Positions 52,515 to 61,195 of a stretch of DNA of 64,000 nt are shown in pieces. Below the pieces are notes generated by a model. That model ran no database searches, was not told the DNA's origin, and saw only the letters and a list, made by a program, of their open reading frames with translations. This DNA comes from an uncultured Phycisphaerales bacterium. GTDB taxonomy: Bacteria; Planctomycetota; Phycisphaerae; Tepidisphaerales; Tepidisphaeraceae. The stretch is from NCBI GenBank assembly GCA_963758525.1, contig CAVWVQ010000005.1, forward strand, positions 96,001 through 160,000. Direction: 5' to 3'. The translations under genes and the position numbers were made by a program. Numbering within the stretch: position 1 is the stretch's first letter; the number at the start of each line of letters is the position of its first letter.

Positions 52515-52960
52515 CTGGCGGCAGCTCAGACCGGGATAGCGTTGGCGGAACTGTTTGCCGATCAGCGTGCGGTCGATGGCCAGCGACAGCAGGTCCCTGT
52601 CGCGGCTCACGATGTAGTTTGCCTTAGCGGCTGCGGCCAGGTCGACATACGTCTCATCCTGTGCGGCGCGGGGCTAATCGAAGACGTGGCGAACTTGCCG
52701 CAGCAGGGTGGCCCGAAACGTCAGCTTCTTGATGAATATCGCGATTCGCTGGTCGTCCAAGTCAGGAAACTTCGCGCGGACGCTGGGATATTGAAATACT
52801 TGCGGAGTTCCTTCAGCACAGCCCGGCTGACGTACACGTCGATGCGGTTCTGCTGGAGCAAAGCAACGGCTTGTCCGGCCGGGCCGGCTTCATTGGAGAT
52901 CGCCTGGACCAGGACGTTGCAGTCGAAAACGACGCGCGGTCGGTCAGCGACAGGATTCAT
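52515..52960 (-). pseudogene. PIN-domain toxin (TIGR00305-like) with frameshift, in-frame stop and apparently eroded 3' end
   Basis: RVVFDCNVLVQA...VSRAVLKEL; frameshift near 52800; ...RHVFD[TAG at 52674-52676]PRAAQDETYVDLA...YIVSRDRDLL. Confidence 0.75.
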
Positions 52961-53204
52961 TTGCGGGACTTGCTGCGAGACTGGGCGTGTATGGCTTTTC
53001 GTGCCTCGCTGACCGCTTCATCGAGTTCACCCTCGGTGGCGCCCCCCTTGGCGAAGCTCTCCCGGACCGGTGCCAGGATCTCATCGAACGTCAGCGTGTC
53101 GGCGTCGATCGGGGACGCGAGGTCTCGGTGGTTTTACCCATTTCGCGCGCCTTGTCGGCGGCCGCCTTGTAACGCCGTTTGTCAAGGGTGATTGTCGTGC
53201 CCAT
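52957..53204 (-). pseudogene. Putative antitoxin partner of the PIN gene, frameshifted near 53122
   Basis: MGTTITLDKRRYKAAADKAREMGKTTE, then the alternate frame ...TFDEILAPVRESFAKGGATEGELDEAVSEARKA...*; ATGA overlap with the PIN start. Confidence 0.65.
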
Positions 53205-53246
53205 GTCGGTCAGGGTGTGGCGCTCGAAAGTGGCGATCGGCTCCGA

Positions 53247-53314
53247 GTAGGGCGGGATTCATCCCGCCGATTTGTTGGCCGGCTGAGAAAACGGCGGGAT
53301 GAATCCCGCCCTAC
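53247..53314. repeat. GTAG-type REP doublet
   Basis: GTAGGGCGGGATTCATCCCGCCG ... CGGCGGGATGAATCCCGCCCTAC. Confidence 0.92.
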
Positions 53315-53596
53315 GATCGCAAAATCTGCAATCGCCACAAATAAAAGTTACACCCTGCCGGTCACCTTAAAAAATGTCTCGGTGGAGTTTAGCATGGTTG
53401 ACCGAAAAGCGCTTCAGGAAAAGCAAAAGGGGGCAAGGTCGCGCAAATCCTGGCTTGGACGTGAAACGCCACCATCGTGTAAGATGCGTAGCGGACCGGG
53501 CAGTACAGTTCAGTTGCGCTGTAACTCGGCGATTACTCGTTGCCGATTTACCGGGGACGCAAAGAAGGTAAGAGTCATCATCTGCGTGGAGCAGGC

Positions 53597-53710
53597 ATGT
53601 CGCGGTTAGAACCAAATGCCACCCCAAGGCGCGGTCGAATCAAACGCGTTGCTTTTACGCTCGTGGAACTGGTGGTCCGGCAATTCGGCGGTTGTTGCGG
53701 CTTTCCTTAG
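53597..53710 (+). pseudogene. 37-aa ORF carrying a prepilin-type N-terminal cleavage/methylation motif (truncated gene remnant or small peptide)
   Basis: GGAG SD, then MSRLEPNATPRRGRIKRVA|FTLVELVVRQFGGCCGFP*. Confidence 0.55.
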
Positions 53711-53719
53711 GAGACAGTT

Positions 53720-54757
53720 ATGGCGGTGCGATACGGGATCATCGGTTGCGGGGCGATCGCGCAACGTCGGCATATCCCTGAATGCGTGGCGAACCCGGAT
53801 TCGAAACTGGTGGCGCTGGCGGACCCGGCCAAGGCGCGGGTTGACGAGCTGGCGGCGAAATTTGGAGCCGTCGCGTTTACGGATTACCGCGAGCTGCTCA
53901 AGTCGCCGGACGTGGATGCGGTGGTGGTGGCGGGGCCGAATTCGATGCACGCGTCGATGAGCATGGAGGCGCTGGCGCTGGGGAAGCACGTGTTGTGCGA
54001 AAAGCCGATGGCGACCACGCGCCAGGACGCCGCGGCGATGGTGAAGGCGGCGGCGGAGTCGAAGCAATATTTGATGATCGGATTGAATCAGCGGCTGATG
54101 CCGCCGCATGTTCGGGCGAAGGAGATTCTCACCGGAGGAAAGCTTGGAAACATCCTGGCATTTCGCACGGCGTTTCAGCATCCGGGGCCGGAAGGGTGGT
54201 CAGTGGATGCGGGCAAGAGCTGGTTCTTTCAAAAGGGACAAGCCGCGATGGGAGTGACCGGCGATCTGGGCGTTCACAAGGCGGATTTGCTCCGCTGGCT
54301 GCTGGGCCAGGAATTTACTGAAGTGGCTGGATTCATCTCGACGCTCGACAAGCGAGATTCGCAGGGAAAACTGATTGACCTTGACGACAACGCCTTTCTC
54401 AAGCTGAAGACGGCCGGCGGCATTGTCGGGAGCATGATCCTCAGCTGGACCAACTACGGGCCCGAGGAAAACTACACCATCATCTACTGCACCAAGGGCG
54501 TGCTCTCGATCGGCATCGACCCGGCATGGGGAGTCATTGTCGACTATCGCAACGGGGAGCGGGAACAGCACCGCGTTGGCGAAATGTCGACGAATATCAA
54601 GCAAGTTGCCAGCGGCGTGATTGATCTGTTTACCAAGTGCATCCTGTCCGGCACTCGGCCGGAAATCGATGCGACAGAAGGGTATCGATCGCTGGATGTC
54701 ATTCTCACCGCGATGGATGCCGCCAGGGAGGGCAAGACGCTGAAGATTGGAGGGTGA
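53720..54757 (+). CDS. Gfo/Idh/MocA family oxidoreductase
   Basis: YGIIGCGAIA, GKHVLCEKPM, DLGVHKAD; AGGAG SD. Confidence 0.94.
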   Translation: MAVRYGIIGCGAIAQRRHIPECVANPDSKLVALADPAKARVDELAAKFGAVAFTDYRELLKSPDVDAVVVAGPNSMHASMSMEALALGKHVLCEKPMATTRQDAAAMVKAAAESKQYLMIGLNQRLMPPHVRAKEILTGGKLGNILAFRTAFQHPGPEGWSVDAGKSWFFQKGQAAMGVTGDLGVHKADLLRWLLGQEFTEVAGFISTLDKRDSQGKLIDLDDNAFLKLKTAGGIVGSMILSWTNYGPEENYTIIYCTKGVLSIGIDPAWGVIVDYRNGEREQHRVGEMSTNIKQVASGVIDLFTKCILSGTRPEIDATEGYRSLDVILTAMDAAREGKTLKIGG

Positions 54758-54798
54758 GAACCTGAGCGTTCCGGTCCGCGGGCAACTCCGCGCACAGA

Positions 54799-54824
54799 AG
54801 CCGCGGATGTACATCCGGGGCTAC
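54799..54824. repeat. REP-like palindrome (GGATGTACATCC family, reverse orientation)
   Basis: AGCCGCGGATGTACATCCGGGGCTAC. Confidence 0.88.
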
Positions 54825-54971
54825 GGGGAAGGTTCGCTGTCTTTACACAAGGGATGCGTAAAAGCTGCGGGTCCGGGGTTCGCCACGTCTAAAACTTGAG
54901 TGTAACTTGCACGTAAACCCGCACGCGATAAACTCGGCGGAGGAAACGAGTTTCGTGAGCGGAGGTCCCTT

Positions 54972-56168
54972 GTGATGTCGGGTGAAACAGTCAACGTTTG
55001 CCTCATCGGGCATAAGTTCATGGGGCGGACGCACAGCAATGCGTACCTGAAAGCACCCAAGTTCTTCGATCTTCCGTTGCAGCCGGTGATGCACACGATT
55101 GTCGGGCGCAATGAGCAGGAGTTGATCGCGTTCAAGGATCGCTGGGGCTGGCAGCACGCGAGCACGGATTGGAAGAAGACGATCAGCGATCCCGCGATTG
55201 ACCTGGTGGATATCGGAACGCCCAACAACGCGCACGCGGATATGGCGATCGCGGCGCTGGAGGCGGGGAAGCACGTGGCGTGTGAGAAGCCGCTGGCGGC
55301 GACGCTTTCCGAAGCGCGGCGGATGCGCGACGCGGCGGTGAAGGCGAAGAACAGCAGGACGTCGGTCTGGTACAGCTATCGTCGGGTGCCGGCGGTTGCG
55401 CTGGCATATGAGCTGGCGCGGGCGGGGAAGATCGGTCGCATCTACCACATTCGCGCATATTACCTGCAGGACTGGGCGGGGCCGGAAGTTCCGCTGATCT
55501 GGCGCTTCCAGAAGAGCGTGGCGGGCACGGGATCGCACGGCGATCTTGGCGCCCACATCATCGACATGGCGCGCTTTATCAGCGGCGACGAGGTCTCGGA
55601 AGTGATCGGATCGGTCGCCGAGACGTTCATCAAGGAGCGTGAAATTCCGTCGCAGGGATCGTCCGGCGGGATTGCCGGGGGCTCCGCGGGCGCGAGGGGG
55701 AAAATGGGAAAAAGCGACGTGGATGACGCGACGCTGTTTCTGGCCCGATTCAAAGGCGGCGCGATCGGCAGCTTTGAATCGACGCGTTTTGCCACCGGGA
55801 ATCAAAACAAGAACGGCCTGGAGATCAATGGCGAGAAGGGGGCGATCATGTTCGATTTCGAGGACATGAATCATCTCTCGTTTTACGACCGGACCGCGCC
55901 GCGCAAGGTGCAGGGATGGACGAAGATCATGGTGACGCACGGCGGAGATCATCCGTATGCCGCCAACTGGTGGCCCGATGCGCACGTGCTGGGATACGAG
56001 CACACGTTTATCAATCAGGTTGCGGACATCATGGCCGACCTGGCGGGGAAGACGCCGGTGGTTCCGCTGCCGGATTTTGAAGATGCGTACAAGACACAGC
56101 AGGTTTTGGAAGCGGCGACGATCAGCGCGGAACAGCGCCGGCCGGTGAGCCTTGCCGAGCTGGAGTAA
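54972..56168 (+). CDS. Gfo/Idh/MocA family oxidoreductase
   Basis: IGHKFMGRTHSNA, GKHVACEKPL, GDLGAHIID, WWPDAHVLGYEHTF; GGAGG SD. Confidence 0.94.
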   Translation: MMSGETVNVCLIGHKFMGRTHSNAYLKAPKFFDLPLQPVMHTIVGRNEQELIAFKDRWGWQHASTDWKKTISDPAIDLVDIGTPNNAHADMAIAALEAGKHVACEKPLAATLSEARRMRDAAVKAKNSRTSVWYSYRRVPAVALAYELARAGKIGRIYHIRAYYLQDWAGPEVPLIWRFQKSVAGTGSHGDLGAHIIDMARFISGDEVSEVIGSVAETFIKEREIPSQGSSGGIAGGSAGARGKMGKSDVDDATLFLARFKGGAIGSFESTRFATGNQNKNGLEINGEKGAIMFDFEDMNHLSFYDRTAPRKVQGWTKIMVTHGGDHPYAANWWPDAHVLGYEHTFINQVADIMADLAGKTPVVPLPDFEDAYKTQQVLEAATISAEQRRPVSLAELE

Positions 56169-56216
56169 CATGTTCCGTGGGGCTGCCTCTGGAGGGCGAG
56201 CACCTTTGGGAGCGAT

Positions 56217-56991
56217 ATGAAAGAGTATTTCGTGCGTTGGAATGCCCCCGCGGCTCTGGCATCCATCGCGATCTGGGTGATTGTTGCCGGATGCGCGAAA
56301 ACCCGTCCGCCGACGCCTCCGGCGACCCGCCCGGCTACTGCTCCGGCGGCCATCGACGCTTCGGCGCCGGGGAACGTCCGCGTGCGCGAGCTTTCGCGTG
56401 CGTGTGAGGAGTACGCTTCGCTGAGCCATCAGCTTCCAGGAAGCACGCCGGCGGAACATCGGCAGATCATGCACAATGTCTTTGACAAGCTTGATCAGAT
56501 TCTGCGGCTTCTTGCTGATGCGCGCAACGATCTGGTGTTTCGCCAACATCTGATGGTGCTGGAAGATGCTCGCGCCGAGCTTGGGGATACGCCGACGGAA
56601 GTGGCAGTCGATCCAACGATCGACACCGGCCTGCGATCTGCCTACCACGCGCTGTCCGACATCTCGCGTTCCAAAGACTTTGTCGATTCGGACTTCGCCG
56701 CCCCACTGGGTGATATGCAGGCGCGCCTCGATGAGCTGGACACGGTGCGCGGGCTGACGCATCAAGTGGTGGTCGGAGAAGCGGTCGAGGCGTCGAGCGT
56801 GGTGGTGAGCAAAATGGCCGACGTGCTGGCGTCGCGTGTCATCGTGACGGCGGCCAACGATGCCAGCGCCTGCTGGCACGGAGCCGGTGGCTGGACCGGC
56901 AACCGAGCCGGCGGCTGGACCAACAACCGAGCCCGGGCCCGCTACCGAACCCGCCGCGCCGACGACAACTCCCGCGACGCAGCCGCAGTAA
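56217..56991 (+). CDS. Hypothetical lipoprotein with Pro/Thr-rich tail, apparent frameshift near 56850
   Basis: IVAGC lipobox, helical core; the alternate frame gives PAGTEPVAGPATEPAAGPTTEPGPATEPAAPTTTPATQPQ* ending at 56991. Confidence 0.7.
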
Positions 56992-57014
56992 CATTACGAT
57001 CGAGCTGTGTTCCG

Positions 57015-57344
57015 ATGGCCTGGACCTCCTTGTGCGATCTGGATGAACTGCAGGAAGGGCAGGGAAAGTACGTTGAAATCGGGGGTTTCCAGCTCGCCGT
57101 GTTTCTCAGCGCAGCAAGCGTTTACGTCACCGATAATTACTGTCCCCACGCCGGCGGCAACCTTGCAGGCGGGTACGTCGAAGAAGGTTGCGTCGTATGC
57201 CCATGGCACTACTGGGCTTTCCGGCTGGAGAACGGGCAGCTGCGCGACTCCCCTGGCGTCACCATCAAAACGTATCGGGCGCGGATCATCCAGCCGTCCG
57301 GGGAACGCCCTAGACTGGTGCAGGCAGACCTTCCGATTTACTGA
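57015..57344 (+). CDS. Rieske [2Fe-2S] ferredoxin (NirD-like small Rieske)
   Basis: MAWTSLCDLDEL...DNYCPHAGGNL...VVCPWHYWAF (CxH...CxxH). Confidence 0.92.
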   Translation: MAWTSLCDLDELQEGQGKYVEIGGFQLAVFLSAASVYVTDNYCPHAGGNLAGGYVEEGCVVCPWHYWAFRLENGQLRDSPGVTIKTYRARIIQPSGERPRLVQADLPIY

Positions 57345-58857
57345 CCAGACTGGCTGCGGGCCGGTTCGCGATGGAACAGATACAGCGCATTGCTGTGATA
57401 CACCTGCTTGAACGCGGGATCAGATTCGTACTTCCGCAGCACGTCGACCGCGAACTTGCCGGCATTGCGCATGCTGTCTTCGTCAAAGTCCATTGCCACC
57501 CAGTCGATCTGATCGTCGGGAGGCAGGCGAAGTGTCGGTTCGCTCAGGCCGTAGATGAACTGAACCACCTGCCGATGCGCGAGATACGGCACCATCTGAT
57601 GCGACGCGAGGACGCCGCCCTCGTCGTTGACCATCGCGAGCATGCGGCGTTTTTCGGCGGAGCTGGTGGGTGTTACCACCTGCTTCGGCTCTGTCTGCGT
57701 CAAGCGCACCAGAAGGCCAATCAGCAGGATCGCAACCGACCACAACACGATGGATCTTTCCCGCGTAAACCACCCGCTCTTTTCTGCCAGCGAGTCGATC
57801 ATCGTCAGGAAGACGAATGGCACGACCGGAAGCGAATAGTGGTTAAACGGACTATGAAACGCATCTTTGGTGGAGAGAAGAATCAGCAGGATGCAGGGGA
57901 TCGCGCAGAGCAGCGGGCTCAGCTTTTTTGGCGATAGAGCCCACATCACGGGGACGATAATCGTCCCCAGATACACCACCCACGGTCCCTGCAGAATCAT
58001 CCTGACCGGAATCCAGGGCCGAAGCAGCATGGTGCGGAGGATCTCTGACTGGGAGTGTCCCATATAACTGAAAAATCGAGCGCTGTCGGGCTGATGGCCA
58101 TGGCCGAAGTGGGGAATGATGACGGTGGTGGCAATCACGAACCAGGCCGAGGAGAAGACGAAGGCAATGATTCCATAGACGCGGCTTTGACTGAATGCCG
58201 CGAGATACAGCCCTGTCGCGGCGAAGGTGATCGCCATCGCTTCCTTCGTGGAAAGACCGATGAGCAACCAGAAGATGAACCAGCCCAGTCGCCGCTGGCG
58301 CGCGCACAGCATCATTGCGAACAGCGCGGGCACTACCAGCACTTCCGGATAGAAATCGCGCAGCGAGGCCATCGCGACGACCGGGTAGAGCAGGTATGCC
58401 GCCACCAGGCTCAGCGCCAACGATGGGGCAAGTCCGGCGAGACGCGCCAGACGCCACATCGGCCAGGCTGCTCCCGCCATGCTCGCGGACTGAATGAACA
58501 GGAGCCAGTAAAGTGTTGGATGGATGCGATAGAGCTGAGCGATCGCGTAGATCACCACGCCGGCATGGTCGGCAAGCATGTGGATGCTGAGGATCGTCGA
58601 GAAAGGCGGCTTCCCCTGTGCGATCAGAAACATCGACTGATCCCACACTCCCAGATCCAGCGCACAGCGCGCACGGCGTGATACCTGTACCAGGCTGCGA
58701 GGAAGTAGCAGAACCCCCCAAGCGCGATCAGCGTCAACACCGCAAATCGCTCGCGCGGCTCGAGGCCTGGATTCGCCGATGCCCCTGCGCTGTGGACGGC
58801 CGGCACCGATCTATGGCTGCAGATGCGTTGAGCAGTGGATAGGGGAACAGCGCTCAT
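57338..58857 (-). CDS. DUF2079 family polytopic membrane protein, apparent frameshift near 58664
   Basis: RYH...ALDLGVWDQ, LADH, DFYPE, STKE, HYSLP, PYLAHRQ; many TM helices. Confidence 0.8.
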
Positions 58858-59220
58858 CGGATACTTCCACTTAATAACACTGCGAAACTCGTGTCAACTC
58901 GCGTTGCGGTCAGAAATAATCAGCGTCGTACCGATTTATTCTAATGGCCAGTTGCACAATATCGTCCACACTTCCGGTTGACGCCAGCCTGATTTTCCCC
59001 ACAAACGCTGCCGAGCCCTTGATTTAGGGGTTTACCCGGTGCGAGGGAAACGACTTTTCCGTCTAAGGGTGGTATCGTGAGGGTGGCCACGTGTTTGGAG
59101 GAGGTCTGGGAGCTCGTTCGGGTGGCCTGGCGTGTTTTGCCCGCTCACTCGCCGGGTATGGCCCCGGCAAGCATTCGGCTGGGTGCAATTTAATTCTTTC
59201 CGCGGATGCAGTTGCCGGCA

Positions 59221-60356
59221 ATGGACGAGCCACAGGTTGACATCTCGGTCATCATCCCCACCCTCAATGAAGCTGAGAACATCCCCGAGCTGTTGCGCCG
59301 GCTCGACTTGGCCATGCGCGGCGGCGCTACGAGGTCATCGTTGTTGACGACGGCAGCCATGACCACACGGCGCAGGTGTGCGCCGAAGCCGCCGGAAACT
59401 TCCCGTTGCGTTTGCTGGTGCGCGAGCAACCGCGCAATGGTCTGAGCGGCGCAGTCCTGCACGGCATGTCGTTCGCGAGGGGCAACGTTTTCATGGTGAT
59501 GGACGCGGACCTGCAGCATCCGCCCGAGCAGGCGCCGTCATTGCTCGCGGAACTTGCTCGCGGCGCGGATTTTGCCATCGGCTCTCGCTACACCGCCGGC
59601 GGGAGCATGCAGGAGAATTGGGGAGCCTTGCGGAAACTCAACTCGAAGATCGCGACGCTTCTGGCGCGGCCGTTTGCGGGCGCACGACCGACCCCATGTC
59701 AGGCTTCTTCGCGTTGCGGCGGGAAACCTATCAGAGCGGGCAGCGGCTGACTCCGTTGGGTTACAAGGTGGGGCTCGAGCTGATGTGCAAGTGCAGGGTT
59801 CGGGACGTCCGTGAGATTCCCATTCATTTTGCAGCCCGGATCCGCGGTGAGTCCAAACTGACGCTCGCTCAACAATTCAAATATCTCGAGCATCTCAGCC
59901 GCCTCTACGATTTCTTTTTCCCGCGCTTCTCCGGTTGCCAAGTTCCTGATCGTCACCGTGATCGGCTGGGCCGTCGGACTATCGATCTACTCGCTCCTGC
60001 ACATGCGCGGTTGTAATCGAGTTCTCGACGTTGTGGTGGGGTACCTGAGCGCGATCCTGCTGACCGCCATGTTCCATAACCGCTACGTGCGGACGCAGCG
60101 CGAATTTCTCGCCACGCGGCATCCCTGGCGGGAGTTCGCCCTGACATCGCTGGCGGAACTGTCGGCGTGCACGCTGGCCGCTCTCTGGCTCCAGGGGCGT
60201 CTGGCAAATCCGAATGCATTTGATCTGCCGGTCCTTTGCTTCCTGGGGGCGACCGCCGTGCGCTACGTCCTGCGAAAGGAATTGATGCAGGATATTCGCG
60301 GCCTGCGGCGCGATCTGCGCGATGGATTTGCAGGGACCGCCGCGAAAGGCGGATGA
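59221..60356 (+). CDS. GT2 polyprenol-phosphate mannosyltransferase-like protein with GtrA-like membrane C-terminus, apparent frameshifts near 59325, 59681 and 59932
   Basis: ISVIIPTLNEAENI, VVDDGSHD, GLSGAV, VMDADLQHPPE, GSRY, DPMSGFF, GYKVGLE, EIPIHF..RIRGESKL; hydrophobic C-terminus. Confidence 0.87.
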
Positions 60357-60472
60357 TCCGTCCCATGATGCTCCAGCGGCGCCGACTTCGCCTCGCCAAT
60401 GGTAGAGGATGGTAGAGGCGGTCGTGCACGCAGAAACTGGTCAGTTGTTTCTGCAATGCGTAAACTCACGAT

Positions 60473-61027
60473 GTGGCGAAAAGTCTTCAGGGTCATTTTC
60501 TGATCGCGTCTCCGCAGTTGCATGACGGCAATTTCGCGCGCGCGGTGGTGCTGCTGGTCAGGCACGGCGACGATGGCGCGCTGGGCTTGATCGTCAACCG
60601 CCCGCTCGACGCAAAATTGGAGAACATCTGGGATCAGATCAGCGAGAGCACGTGCGCGGTCGACCGCACGCTGTATCAGGGCGGCCCGTGCGAGGGCCCG
60701 CTGATGGTGCTTCACGCAGATCCGGCAATGTCGCAGGCCAAAGCCGCCGACGGCGTTCATTTCACCGCCGATCGCGAGATGATCGAGCAACTTGTTTCCG
60801 CGGCTCGCGCTGACACGAAATTCTTCGTCGGCTACGCCGGGTGGGCGGTGGGTCAGTTGGAAAGCGAGATCGCCGAGGGCTCCTGGCTCACCTTGCCCGC
60901 TTCACGCCAGCAGGTCTTTGAAGCTGACGAGAAATCGTGGGATCATCTTCTCCGCCGCGCACATCGAGCCGCCGTCTTTCCCTGGCTGGATCCCAAACGC
61001 ATCCCGGACGATCCGAGCGTCAACTGA
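60473..61027 (+). CDS. YqgE/AlgH (DUF179) family protein
   Basis: LIASPQLHDGNFARAVVLL..H...GALGLIVNRP, GGP, FVGYAGWAVGQLESEI..GSW, PDDPSVN. Confidence 0.94.
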   Translation: MAKSLQGHFLIASPQLHDGNFARAVVLLVRHGDDGALGLIVNRPLDAKLENIWDQISESTCAVDRTLYQGGPCEGPLMVLHADPAMSQAKAADGVHFTADREMIEQLVSAARADTKFFVGYAGWAVGQLESEIAEGSWLTLPASRQQVFEADEKSWDHLLRRAHRAAVFPWLDPKRIPDDPSVN

Positions 61028-61195
61028 GGCGTCGATCTGTTGAGGTCGCATCTGCCGCACAAACACCTGATGAACTTATGCGGCGTGCCGACGAACAGCG
61101 CGAGCGAGTTGAAGAAGTGCGGACGAAATCCATTCGGTCCGCGCTCATCGACACGCCGCAGATAGATCGCACGCAATAGATTCAGCCGTCATTTC

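Noticed and set aside
51363..52610. N-terminally extended or PIN-fused sigma factor
   Set aside because: The extension is the PIN pseudogene tail plus repeat and intergenic DNA that happens to be in frame; the sigma factor begins at 52214.
52674..52676. Amber recoding (pyrrolysine or readthrough)
   Set aside because: It is a single TAG in a gene with other lesions, and TAG serves as a normal stop elsewhere in the window.
53315..53596. Riboswitch or ncRNA in long intergenic regions (also 58860-59220 and 3140-3340)
   Set aside because: I could not recognise any conserved RNA motif or tRNA fold by eye; an Rfam/Infernal scan would be needed.
56217..57344. Lipoprotein-Rieske fusion shown in the ORF track
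   Set aside because: The linker is an off-frame reading of a Pro/Thr tail that stops at 56991; the Rieske gene has its own ATG at 57015.
61030..61195. Small ORF between yqgE and the repeat protein
   Set aside because: No clear start, ribosome-binding site or recognisable motif.
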